Shown here in pieces: positions 13,295 through 26,420 of a stretch of 64,000 nt of DNA (position 1 is its first letter; each line of letters opens with the position of its first letter). The position numbers and the translations under genes were made by a program. The notes below the pieces were generated by a model. It did not search any database. It saw nothing but the letters and a program-made list of their open reading frames with translations, and was not told the DNA's origin. The stretch is from Octopus bimaculoides (lineage: Eukaryota), in NCBI RefSeq assembly GCF_001194135.2, contig NC_068986.1:42710068-42774067 (forward strand), given 5' to 3'.

Positions 13295-13959
13295 GTAAGT
13301 ATGAAAATAAATAAGAATCAATATTTTGCTGATATAATTCTTTCCTTCCAAAAGATATGAAATTGTTTTATTTATTCAATTATTTAACAATTTAATCTAA
13401 TTCATTCACGGTCTTTACAGAATTTCTTTAGTTCTACAGAGTAAACTGATTGAACATCATTCAAATTGATGTCCTTGTGTAGTTTTATTTACTTTGTTAA
13501 CATTTTGAAGTGGAATGAGTAGTTTTGTTGCCATGTGTATTTCCTTGGCCTATATATTATTTTTATTTATTTGTTAATCTTACAACTTGTTTTATCAGAT
13601 TTTCTTAGATTTATGATAAATAAGATTAGCTTGGTTAAAGTGCACTTCAAATTAATATTTGCTATTGAAAGAAGTTCAAAATGTATGTGTTATAAAAGTA
13701 CAAGGTATAAAAGATAAGGCACAGCTGGGATGTTGGAAAAAAAAGATGTTCATTGAGTGAATTTAAAAGGATGAAGATAGAATTGGTAACTTTGACAGAA
13801 ACAGACATATACACCGCTTGAAAATGGAGCAAAGGCTGTGAAGAACTGGTGAGTGAAGGTATTAGGTTGCACAGTTTAGCTAAAGAAAAAGCATGATAAT
13901 TGCTTCTAAATCACCATGGGGTTTTACAGTCATATAGTAGTAAAGAATCACATTCTAAA

Positions 13960-16790
13960 AGAGCTGTATGTGTGATAAACCCTCCGTCACTCCACCCCCC
14001 CCTACACACACACTTATCCCTCCTCCCAACCTTCCACTACCCCACCACCTCTCCCACATCTGACCCATCAACCCCTCTCCCCATTTCAGTCTCTTGTTAC
14101 CACTCCTGATCTTCCCCTCTCTGAGGTGGAACGCACTCTTCTCAAAAGGGGTCTACGCTTCAACCCCCCATCACTCCATCCAGTAACAAATTTCAGGCGC
14201 ATGCTGATCTTCATAGCTTTGTGCGCTGTGTCAGGCTATATACATTATTTCACAACACTCCACCTGCATCTAATGAAGAGGACTACTTCACCAACCTGGG
14301 CCACTGACCATCCCACTGGACGCCAGCTCCTGGTCAATTCCATGCAGTTGATCATTTTGCAGGCATTTGTCAATGCGTTGCAGACTGATTTAACTTTCAC
14401 AGGTGTCCCCGACATCTAAACATCTCCCCAGCCAATCTCTCAGCTCTTCGATGTCTCCAATGCCACAAAGGCATTATCATATAACTAGCCGACAAGGTTG
14501 GAGCCATTGTGGTGTGGCGTGTGGACCTCTACAAGGCCAAAGCTCTCCACCAACTTTAAGACACCTCCTTCTACTGCCCTCTGCCCTCCAACCCCACACT
14601 TAGCTACCAACTGACAGTATCCTCCAATATCCATGACCTCCTCTCGTCTCCCTCCCATCACCTCCAACCTCATTGTCCGCACTCCTCACACCCCCCACCT
14701 TCTACTTCTTTCCCCAAATCCACAAACCCAACAACCCTGGCTGCCCCATCATCTCTGCCTGTAACTGACCCATGGAACTTGTCTCTAAATACCTCAACCG
14801 TGTCCTTTCCTCCCTAGTGGCTCCCCTCCCCTCATACATCCATGACACTAACCATGCTCTTCGTCTTTTCAACTCTTTTTTTTCTCTCCTGGCCCCTCTA
14901 AACTTCTCTTCATTCTTTATATCAAGAGTCTATATACAGTGATGCCATACCACGAAGGACTTCTTGGCCCTCAAACACTACCTACTCCTTCGATCTAACC
15001 CCCAACCTGACATGTCCATACTTCTTCATCTGGCCGAACTTGTTCTCTCCCTCAACTACTTCTCGTTCATGGTTGAGTTTTACCAACAAACCTCGAGAGT
15101 GACTATGGGAACAAGAATGGGCTCCAACTTTGTGAACCTGTTTGTTGGCTATGTTGAGGCCCAAATATTTTCAAGATTCACTGGTCCCACTCCTAAATTA
15201 TATGGTCACTATATTGATGACTGTATTGGTGTGACCTCACATCCCACGAACAACTAGACTCCTTCCTCTCTTTTGTGCAATCTTTCCATCCTGCTCTCGA
15301 ATTCTCCTGCACCATTTCCAACGCTTCTGTTGCCTTTCTCGACATTTCAGTCAACATACACCACTCCATTCTCACCACCTCCATCCACTACAAACACACC
15401 GACTCGCACCAAGCTCTCCATCCTCTACTCCCAATTCCTCCATCTGCACAGGCTCTGCAGTGACAACCATAACTTTGAGACTCAGTTTCAACTCATGGCT
15501 CACCACCTCATCTTTCGTGGATATCCCCTCACCAGAGCACATTCCATGGACCATGCCCCTGCTCTCTCTCCTTGCACCTATCCTGCCATTACCCATCTCC
15601 CATTTCTCCTCACCTACCACCCCTCTACCCTACCTCTCCAACACACCATTCTCCGAGCCTTCCGGTAACTCCAGTCCAACCCCCTCCACTTCGCACATCT
15701 TCCCCAACCTACCTCTCCGCTCCTTCAAATGAGTTTACAACCTACATGACCTCCTGATCCACAGTTTTTTCCCTAACCTCACTTCCCAACCGGGCTCATT
15801 CTCCTGCTCCTGCCCATGCTGCCCCACTTGCCCCTACCTCTCCAACACCACCATTCTCACAGGCTCTCATCATCGTCCCTATTATATCACTGACTCTTTC
15901 ATCTGCACTTCTAGCAATGTTATTTACTGTGTCTCCTGCTCTTTCTGTCCTTCTCTGTACATCGGTCAAACAGGAGGCCGCTTGGCTTACCGGTTCGCAG
16001 ACCACCTCCAAGATATTAGACTCGGGAACAACACCCTAGTTTCATATGGGCTCAACTTCCTTCCCTTCTTCATCTGACTCCCCACTCTCTTCATCTCATA
16101 CCTACTTCCTCTCTTGCCCTGACACCTACTTCCTCTCTTCACCCCTACCCACCTTCTCCCTTCATCGTTACCCCCTCCTACGACATTGCAACCCACAATC
16201 CCAACATGCTATCCCCCTCCCACATCTTCACCCCAAACCCACATGTCACCCTCACATCCCCACACCCCACCCTTGCATCCCCACCTCAACACCACCACAC
16301 CTCAACACCATCACACCCCAACACCACCCCATACACTAGCACTGACCACTTCCTAGCACCCACACCACATCATTCCACACCACACATCAGACCACATCAC
16401 ACCACCCTGCACACACTAGCACTGACTCCCAGTACCCACACCATCATCCAAACACCCACACATTACAGAAGCACACACTTACACACACATCCACACGTCA
16501 AGGTCACCAGCCCCTATCCACATGCACACATCCACATGTCAAGGTCAACAGCCCCTATCCACACTCTCACATACACATGCATGCACACCTTCATTTTGGG
16601 ATCACCAATACTCTATTCTAACTACTCTTTTCTAACTAGCCAGCTACCATGATTGATTACTAGCCCCTGAAGCTTTTTTTCATTTTCTCACTGTTTATTT
16701 CCTCATGTTACTTTCTGCTGAAGAGCATAGACTCAAAACATAAAAGACTTTCTCACCTTCTCGAGCGTTAAACTAATACATGTATTTTGA
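13960..16790 (+). mobile_element. Penelope-like retroelement (RT plus GIY-YIG), pseudogenised, with 3' pLTR remnant
   Basis: LSEVERTLLKRGLRFNP; PQIHKPNNPGCPIIS-like segment near 14710; LAELVLSLNYFSF..MGTRMG; YGHYIDDCIG; CTSSNVIYCVSCSFCPSLYIGQTGGRLAYRFADH. Many frameshifts. The tail at 16711-16780 matches 45101-45170. Confidence 0.92.
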
Positions 16791-17690
16791 TGTATATATA
16801 TATATATATATATATATGTTGTAGATGGTCTAGTATGCGTATATACTGTTGTAATTTTATTTTTAATTTTTAATGCAGTGTATATTTTATTTGATTTTAA
16901 TGTGTTAATTTGAATATAATTAATTATTTACAATATGTATTTTGAACCCATTTTTCTATTTAAGGTTTTCTTCAATTTTTTTTTTTTAAATAGGTTGAAT
17001 CTATATTAAATTCATTTGTTTTGTTCATTGAGCACCCAGGACCGTTATTTGATACGACCAATGAAACAGATGTGTTTCAAATTTTATATTAGTTTTGATT
17101 GCATTGTTATTCCTTTCCCATTTCTAACAAAACTGTCCAATGAACGGGAACGTGATACTCCGAGTAACAGTCTTTTGTTATATTTCTGCTGCTTTTAAAT
17201 AAAATATATATATATATATGTGTATGCATGTATGTATGTATATATGTATATTTATGTGTGTGTGTATGTATATATATATGTGTTTGTGTGTATGGATATA
17301 TATAAAAATCATTGGAAGAATCAGTTTATTAGATGGAGTCCAATTAATGTCATCAAATAAATGGAACAGGTTTTGATGCTAATATAGATTATGCATTTAA
17401 TTTAACCAGACAGCTGTTTCTTTGCAAAAGACCATATAATATTGAAGAATTGGTATTTCATCAAAAGTAATACACATTATTATATGATGTCATTTGGAAC
17501 TCATCAGTGGTTAATAATTAAATATTTTAATGTTTAAAGCTTGTTCCTTTAGTTTTCTTCTTTGCGATCATTATATTGATTTTGTTTTCTAATTAATTCC
17601 TTTCACTTGCCAAATAAAATTCTAAATTCATATATATACATATATCTATATATGTATATGCATATATATATATATATGTAAGTATATGTA

Positions 17691-17727
<37 letters not shown>

Positions 17728-17899
17728 NNNNNNNNNNNNNNNNNNNNNNNNNNNNNNNNNNNNNNNNNNNNNNNNNNNNNNNNNNNNNNNNNNNNNNNNN
17801 NNNNNNNNNNNNNNNNNNNNNNNNNNNNNNNNNNNNNNNNNNNNNNNNNNNNNNNNNNNNNNNNNNNNNNNNNNNNNNNNNNNNNNNNNNNNNNNNNNN

Positions 17900-17948
<49 letters not shown>

Positions 17949-17950
17949 TA

Positions 17951-18615
17951 CAGAGTGTGATGGGTAAATTGTTGTCATATCATATTTTTTGCTTCATGCA
18001 TGCACATAATTTGTTTTTCATTTTGTCGACTACATAGTATAGTAGGGTCAGTTGCACACCAACTGTGAGAAAAACAGCACCATGATGCAATTCATTCTGC
18101 AAGAAATTTTTAAATGACATGCTGTACTGCTTGGCATTTGTGCCAGAAGCTCCAATACAATAAGATAGTAAACACACAGAACAACCGTTGGCTTGCTGTG
18201 TCCCAAAAACATGTACCAGTCAACATCATGGTGCTTGGGGTGACCACTAGTGATGGTGACATTATGCCTTCCGACACGGCCTCAGACTCAGCATGAACGC
18301 CTACATCAAGTGCCTTGACACAGTAGTGCGCTGCCCTGGATCAAGAGGGTAGCTGCTAGAAGCCCCTATGTCTGGCAACTGGACTCTGCACCATGCCAAC
18401 ATAACCAGGAGAACCCAGTCATAGCTGTCAGACAATTTCTGCAACATCACCCCTAACATCTGGCCACCTGACTCCCCAGACTACAACCCTCTTGATTATT
18501 ATGTGTGGGGCGCATCTGAGCGAGAGATAAATTTTGATAAATATGTCTAAAATGAGATGTCAATGTTATTTTCATTTTTGTGTAATTTAGATGAAAATAT
18601 ATTCACCGCACCCTG
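17951..18615 (+). mobile_element. Internally deleted Tc1/mariner element of the DD37D (maT) type
   Basis: TA on both flanks. Degenerate TIRs cagagtgtgatgggtaaatt / atattcaccgcaccctg. Transposase remnants VNIMVLGVTTSDGDIMP, YVWQLDSAPC, IWPPDSPDYNPLDYYVWGA. The D37D spacing is inferred through a small deletion. Confidence 0.85.
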
Positions 18616-18640
18616 TATGTGTATGTGTGTAGATATATAT

Positions 18641-19161
18641 ATTGCATGGAAAAATGCGAGCATGAAAAGTAATATTCTTAAGATTATAAACATGGAAAAG
18701 TACAGGACAAGTTATTACACCTGGGAAAGTATAAGACAAGCTATTACTTCTTGTAAAGTAAAGAATAAGAAACTTTTTACTTGAAATATTGCAGCAAAGA
18801 ATGCCACTTCTTCTAATTTATCACTCTTTACAGTTCTCGTCTTTTAAATTTATTGTACAAAACTGTTCAGCTAATTTGTAAGTTTGTATAATTAGTCGCT
18901 TTTTTCTGTATTTAAGGTAGTAAATTAGCCAAATTCTACTTAAACAAGTATAGTGTTATTTGTAAACTATAATAAAATAATTTTTAATATTCAAATTTTA
19001 ATTTTTACTGCAATATTTTAAGTAAAACATTTCTTATTCTTTACTTTACAAGAAGTAATAGCTTGTCCTATACATTTCCAGGTGCACTAACTTGCCCTGT
19101 ACTTTTCCAGGTTTATAATCTTAAGAATATTACTTTTCATGCTTGTATTTTTCCATGTAAT
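18641..19161. repeat. Long inverted repeat (two arms of about 158 bp, spacer about 205 bp), probable fold-back/MITE
   Basis: 18641-18798 is the reverse complement of 19004-19161 at roughly 90% identity by eye. Confidence 0.9.
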
Positions 19162-20474
19162 CCATGATTTTTCCAGGCATTGCTGCTATAAGATAATTGA
19201 TAATGTGTCAATTAATAATTTAAGATTTTAACTTATAAAATACTGAAAAATAATATTTCAATTTTTCCATGTAAGTGATGATATTTCAATTTTTTCATGT
19301 TTAATTTAAATACATGTTGCGATTGAATTATTTGATATAACCCATCCACACCAAATTAATGGCAGGGAATTTTACCATCTTGTTGGTTGCATCATGGTTC
19401 ACCAAAAGTTACAAACAACAAAACCCCAAAACCAGTTACCAGGCTCACCTTAAGTAATCAAGATTTTGAGTTGGTGATAATAGCACTGATTGCTGCTAAT
19501 CTAGATCTATCAATAATTATTCACTACAAAAGTAATTATAAAAGCATATCAAATATACACAAATTAAAATTATCTACATCCCATTGATATAAATTTGATT
19601 TATGAAAATTCCCTTTTATTTAATTTTAAATTTAAAAAGTAAATTTAGAATATAAGCACTTTTAACCAGTACCTTTTCTGGACAGCCTTACTACATCCCT
19701 TCAGGTCTGCCCATAGAGACGCAGCCAAAAATGACTATATTCTTGCCCCAATAAATTTAGATGCACATATCTGAAGCATGTAATACATTAATAACTAGCC
19801 TGATTTTTATAATTAACTAAAAAGAAAAGGAAGCAACTAAAAAGGAAAAGCAAAAAAAGCAGAAAGCAAGTTAATTAAAGCTGCAAGAGAAAATTAATAA
19901 TAAAAGTTTAACTTACCCTAATCCAACAGCATATTAAAAATAAAGGTAAAGTCAACCTTGGTGGAATTTCAACTTAGAACGAAAAACTGCTAAGCATTTC
20001 GTCCAGCATGGTAACATTTCTGCCAACTCACCATGTTAGAATGTAAATATTCATTTTAGAAATATATTCTTATCTTTGGGGTGTTACTTCTTACTTGCTC
20101 ACTTACTGACAATAAATTTCATGACATTTCACCTCATAACTTTTTTTCTACTAATTTTTATTCATGAATTTTTCATGCATTTTTCTATTATACTTTTCTA
20201 AGAAAAGTATACTTTTATTTGAAAATTAAAAAAATTATGTTACTTGAAGATGAATAGGTGCCTTACTGCCCCACCCCCCTGAGGTTGCAGATATTTTGAT
20301 GTAACTCTTTTTCTATTGAACCAAATCTCAAAGTGTAACTGTGGAGGTGTCCTCTTTAAAACTGTCAACAGTTTGCAATTTAGTTGAAAACTGAATTAGT
20401 GGTGAAGCTTGGAAGCTGATGTGATTGATGAAATGATGGACTTCAGAATATATTCATCCACTACCATGGTTGAA

Positions 20475-20571
20475 TGATATATGTATGTATATATATCTAC
20501 ATATATGTATGTATATCTACATACATATGTATATATATATGTATGTGTGTGTGCATGTGTGTATTTGTATG

Positions 20572-20637
<66 letters not shown>

Positions 20638-20809
20638 TGTGTATGCATTTATATATATATGTATGCATATATATAATATATATATGCATATACATATGTA
20701 TGTATATGTATGCATATATATATATTATGAATAATATATATATATACTATATTATATTTAATTGAAAGCCATGCATCCATTTCCAAGTATATGTATGTAT
20801 GTATGTATG

Positions 20810-20844
<35 letters not shown>

Positions 20845-21092
20845 ATATCTACGTGTATGTATGTATATAAATGTATGTATATATATGTGTGTGTGTATGT
20901 GTGTGTGTATATATCTATGTGTGTGTGTATATCTATATATATATATATATATATAATATGGAAATATTTTATTCACAAATGCATTGTAATAATGCTGAAT
21001 AGTATTAATAGGAGAGAACATGTGTGTGTGTGTATGTATGTATATATGTTTGTATATATATATGTCTGTATATATATGTATATGTATGTATG

Positions 21093-21147
<55 letters not shown>

Positions 21148-21180
21148 CTGTATGTATATATATGTGTGTGTATATATATG
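20475..21180. repeat. Compound (TA)/(TG)/(TATG) microsatellite field
   Basis: Seen directly. Similar tracts at 9750-9900, 17640-17945, 21450-21550 (CT), 40660-40960 and 58460-58530. Confidence 0.95.
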
Positions 21181-21488
21181 CATGCTGTTCTTTTTTATAA
21201 CAGGAAACTTGCCAACATGATTCTTAAGCAACCATTATAAACATTTGTTTATTATATACTAAGTATATTGAATTTTTTTCTAAGAGAAACTGTCATAGTA
21301 ACCAAACGGATATCTAAATCAAAGACTTCTGCAGATTGTTTCAGTATGTTATGTATTTCTAGCAAGAAAGAAAATTCAGTAAATCTTAACTGCTGCAACA
21401 TGTCCATCTTTATACACATGCAAAGTCTTTAAGTCATTTAACCATCTCTCTGTCTTTCTCCCTCTGTCTCTCTCTCTCTCTGTCTCTG

Positions 21489-21552
<64 letters not shown>

Positions 21553-22202
21553 ACATCTTGTTCGTTTCTCACTCGTTAACTGTCAAGAGAGAAAGATGAA
21601 TAGACAGAAAGTATGAATGATAGAGTTTATTTAACATTGCTTTTCAATTAGTTATGAATGAGTTGATTTCGAACCACATGTCATATAGTTTGAGGAATTG
21701 GGAAACATATTAAACATTACAATATTTCTGTAAAGAAAGTTAAACAATAGTTTATTTATTTACTTTTCTTTTTTCATTTAAAACTGACTTGAAAAATACC
21801 AAAATTGACATAATTAGGACAAACTTGACAACTCTCTAATAGACTTTACCTTTTGAAATAAGTGTAGTGTATATCCTTGGCAACTGAGAGAGAGAAATAT
21901 AGATTTTAATTCTTAGTGAATTTAATAGAAGTTTATGAAGATATACTAAAGAAAAGGATTTAATATGATAGAGATAGCTTTCAGAGATGACAATATTCCT
22001 TGCATAGAACTGCTAAATGGTTTGATATACACCTTCCCTTGTTTATCGTTAGTTCTTACATCACTGATCAGGGATAACTCAATATGCTCAATTGTGAACC
22101 ATGTTATGCTTATCCTGAATTGATTTGTGATATCATGAGTCAGCAATCAATCAAAGATTCTGTTTGGACTGCAAAAGAACCACCCAGCAGTCTTGGATCA
22201 TA

Positions 22203-22430
22203 GGCGAGCTGGCAGAAATGGTTAGCACGCCGGGTGAAATGCTTAGCGGTATTTCGTCTGCCACTGCGTTCTGAGTTCAAATTCCGCCGAGGTCGACTTT
22301 GCCTTTCATCCTTTCGGGGTCAATAAATTAAGTACCAGTTATGCACTGGGGTCGATATAATCGACTTAATCCGTTTGTCTGTCCTTGTTTGTCCCCTCTG
22401 TGTGTAGCCCCTTGTGGGCAGTAAAGAAAT
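22203..22430 (+). mobile_element. Young tRNA-derived SINE with Nin/Deu-like central domain
   Basis: Head ggcgagctggcagaa...gagttcaaattcc (A/B-box-like), then gtcgactttgcctttcatcctttcggggtc.ataaa...agtacc, which resembles the Nin/Deu domain. Confidence 0.85.
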
Positions 22431-22921
22431 AGAAATAAGTGAATTCAGTGAAGTTCAGCCTTGGGACAAACAACACCATAAGTAATATCTTGCTCACTGT
22501 GACATACAAATACTACCCATTAATGCATATTCTACAGTCTTCTAAAGATAGGCAATAATTTCTGGATCCTGCACATCTAACAAACTATACCCCACCATAA
22601 TGATGGAATCATTGCATGGTATGATATTCTATGGTTGGATGCCCTTCCTAATGCCAATCACTCCAAGAGTGTAATGGGTGCTTTTACGTGACACTGGCAC
22701 AGGTGCCATTTGTGTGATGCCAGTATCTGCCACGACTGCGATTTTGTTCAGTTTGATGGGTCTTCTCAAGCACAATATAAAGCCAAAGGTTTAGTCATTG
22801 CCTCTGTGAGGCTTAACGCTCAAAAGGAATATGGCCTAATTTTATTTTTTTTTTTTTGTTCCTTTTTGCTGATAAAGAAAGCTCATCATCATCATCATCA
22901 TCATCATTTTAATTATCATCA

Positions 22922-23800
22922 TAAGGCAGCAGCCTGGCAGAATGATTAACATACTGGGCAAAATGCTTTGCAGCATTTCATCTGTCCTTATGTTCTGAGT
23001 TCAAATTCCACTGAGGTCGATTTTACCTTTCATCCTTTTGGAGTTGATAAAATAAGTACTAGCTGAATGTAGTTGACTTACCCCTCCCCCTGAACTTGCT
23101 GGCCTTGTGCCAAAATTTGAAACTATTATTATTATTATGGTGGTGGAATGGCAGAATTTACTGAGAATAGGAAAGAAAATTTCCATACATTTATTGCATT
23201 CCCTTTCCTTCTGAGTTGACATGTCACTGAGGTCAACTCTGTCTTTCATCCCGCCATGTTTGAAGGTAAAAAAAAAAATACTTGGGATGGATTGAATCAA
23301 CTTCACCCATTCTCAAAATGTGTGACTTTCTGTAACTGTTAGAAATGGCTTCAAATTTTTGGCACAATGCCAGCAACTTTAAAGGAATGGGTTGAGTCAG
23401 TTACATCATCTCAGTGCTCAACAGGTACTGATTTTATCAACAGTAAAAGGATGAATGGCAAGGTCCACTTCAGCAGGATGTGAACTCAGAGTATAAAGAA
23501 CCTGAAAAAATGTTGCTAACCATTTTGTCTAATGCTCTAACAATTCTGCCAGCTTGCGACCTTGATAACAATAATAATAATATTTTTCTAATTCTGGCAC
23601 AAGGTTAGGAATTTCGAGAGAAGGAGCAAGTCAGTAACATTAGCTCCAATACTTGACTAGTACTTTATTTTATCAACCCTGAAATGATGAATTCCGATGT
23701 TGACTTCAGCAGGATTTGAGCCCAGCATGTAAAGAGCCAGAAGAAATGCCAGTGAGCACTTTGCTGGCATGCTAATGATTCTACCAACTTTATACCTTCT
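22922..23800. mobile_element. Cluster of four Nin-like SINE copies (two +, two -)
   Basis: About 22922-23130 +, 23133-23350 +, 23350-23565 - and 23590-23800 -. All share the domain seen at 22203. Confidence 0.75.
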
Positions 23801-23904
23801 TAATAATGATAATAATAATTATTATTATTATTGTTATTATGATTATTATTATTATTGTTATTATTATTATTATTATCATCATCATCATTATCAGTATTCA
23901 TAAG

Positions 23905-24175
23905 GCACATGACTCAGTGATTAGAGCATCAGGATCACACTCATAAGGTAGTGAGTTTGATCTCCAGACTGGGCTCTGTGTTTAGTTGTTATATCACTGG
24001 TGCCAAGCTGTATCGGTGTTTGTCTTTCCCTTGGATAACATCAGTGGCATGGAGAGGGGAGGCTGGTATGCATGGGAATCTGCCGGTCTTCCATAAACAA
24101 CCTTGCCCAGACTTGTACCTCAGAGAAGAACTTTCTCGGAGCAATCCATAGTCATTCATGACTGAAGGAGGTCTT
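23905..24175 (+). mobile_element. tRNA-headed SINE, family D
   Basis: Shares cccttggataa...ggcatgga.agggga.gctggtatgcat...gtcattcatgac with 48400-48700. Confidence 0.7.
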
Positions 24176-24959
24176 AACCCTTTAGAAGGATGATGACTGG
24201 CATAACCTACAAAGAATCAGATAAGATGTATTTGCACTTTTAGTTATGCCTCTCTATTTTCTGAGTTCAACTACTGCCATCATCAACATTGTCTTTCATC
24301 TTTGAGGGACTGATATAATAATTACCAGATAAGTACTGGAGTTGCTTTAATTGAAGGTGCCCTCCACTGAAATTTGAAGTGCAGTTCTCATGTTACAGAA
24401 CAGTAGGATTTGTTTTTAGAATAGCATATTGGTTAAGTCTTATACTAAGCTCTTTTTGGTATTTAGTTAGACTTCTTTACACACCAAGTACAAATCCTAC
24501 TGGTTTAAGTTTAAGTTTCCTTCTTCAGGCTTTATAAGTAGTCAAGTACTATGATTGATTTTGTGTGGTTTGACTTTGCATTTAATCTTTCCAGTGTCAC
24601 TACGCTAATTATTGATATTTCCACTCATTCCATTTTTGTGCATTTGCTAGTAAGTGGAGCAAAGACACTTAGCTGTTACTGCATGTAGGATGGTTCCCAC
24701 TATTAGCCAAGACCTTCATAAAGATCCCTCAGCTGCCTTTGTTTTGACAAGGAGAGCTAGCAGTTTTCCTCCATCTTCTGGTTATAGCAAAGGGATTGCA
24801 TAGTTCACACATTTTAAGAATTGGGGATAGGATTGTATTGCTTTGACCAAGCCTTCGTCAACTTCTTTATGTATAAGATGAGGATGAAGATGCTGCCCTC
24901 TAGGAAATTTGATGAAAAGTTGGTGCAAGTGGCAAACTGTTGCATGTGAGATAGGATTA

Positions 24960-25096
24960 CAGGTAAGTTCACTGCCATCAATTCACCATGAGGAAAGTTT
25001 ATCAAGAAAATATATCCATAGTATCTCACCAGTAATAGTTAAAAGCTATTTTATTGAAAGGAGAAATGGTGAATTGATGACAGTGAACTTTCCCTG
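24960..25096. mobile_element. Small Tc1/mariner-like MITE
   Basis: TA-caggtaagttcactgccatcaattcaccat ... atggtgaattgatgacagtgaactttccctg-TA: about 30-bp TIRs with TA flanks. Confidence 0.65.
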
Positions 25097-26197
25097 TAGT
25101 GAATTGATGACATGGTGAGATAGCCAGTTCTTGAGTCCTTCTCAGAGAGTGTAGGTGAGAGAAGGTAACTACCCTGATTCACCATAGGTGGTGGTTCATA
25201 TTTCATTGTGGGGTCTTTGTTTTATTTCAAAATCCTTGTAAAGTTTTAATCTGTTTTTTTTTTCCATGTTGTGTTACATTTTTATCATCTCCAGTTTTAT
25301 TGCATAAAATGCTTTGTATGTATTTGTGAGGTTCTTGCAGCCCATAAAATGGATTATTATTATTATCATTATTTACAAAGTTTGATTGGACTAGATAAAA
25401 TGGGTGTAATCTTGGATCAACATTAAAATAACGCAAAACATATCAGACTAATAAAATAAAGCATTTTCAATTTGTTTAAATTTTATCTCTTCATTTAGAT
25501 TGCACTGATGTATTAATATTTAATGCAAAACGGACTAAAGCAATAGCAGCGATTTCACTTTATGTATATTGCATGCACACACACTTGCACATTTTAAGTA
25601 ATATTCATTGCAAATTCTTTGACTTTTTTTTGTTGTCATCAATATTTTAACACGTCACAGATTTCCAACTAGAATGTATACTTTGATGGCTCTTCCCATT
25701 GGCAGTTTAATTGTTTAACTCACAAATGAAAGACATTAGAAATAAGCCAGTGTTGATATATGTTGCTGTCAAAGAGATATTCCTAATATAAACTTTTTTC
25801 CAAGAAAATCAATCTGCACTTGAATCTTTCTGAGAAAGCTGAAGCAATCAATCTTCATTTATGTTATATGGGTTATGTTGTTCTTATCGTTGCAGTGACT
25901 GCTTTGTTTATTGGCAAAAAAACTAACTTCACACAGAATGGGATTTAGATTTCTTTACCTATGAATAAGGTAGATGAGAATCTCATTGTAGTCATTGTGC
26001 TGGGTTTGTTGCCATCGCAGTTAGCTTTCATTGGACAAGTTCACTTTGCTGTGAGTCAGTTGCTATTTAACACCTGGGTAGTCTTGATTATACTGATGAA
26101 AGATATTCTGAACCCAACACCCCTGTTTTTCGTCTGTGACTACTTTATTCAAATATGTTAGTTTTTGTTTGGCTTTCATATTGCAAAGATAGATATC

Positions 26198-26420
26198 TTA
26201 GGTGCAGGTGTGGCTGTGTAGTAAGAAGATTGTTTCCCAACCACATAGTTCCAGGTTCAGTCCTATTGCATGTCACCTTGAGTATGTATCTTTTACTATA
26301 GCCTTGGTCACAAAACTTGTCTGACAGCCACAACTTGGTTCTTCTGCTTGTGTGGCGTGGTGCAGAATCCTGTAGCCTGACATAAGGTCTTCCAACAGCC
26401 ACCCTCTTGATTCAGGGCAG
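26198..26420. mobile_element. SINE family A 5' half fused to a maT transposase fragment (- strand)
   Basis: SINE head at 26198-26312. The minus strand of 26313-26420 reads IKRVAVGRPYVRLQDSAPRHTSRRTKLWLSDKF, the same family as 17951-18615. Confidence 0.75.

Noticed and set aside
20396-21240. Many 60-160 aa ORFs rich in Y/I/C/V/H/T (also at 10400-11000, 17646-17978, 40567-41082)
   Set aside because: They are translations of microsatellites or SINEs, not genes.
22203-22290. tRNA gene
   Set aside because: A tRNA-like SINE head that runs into a SINE body; no complete cloverleaf.
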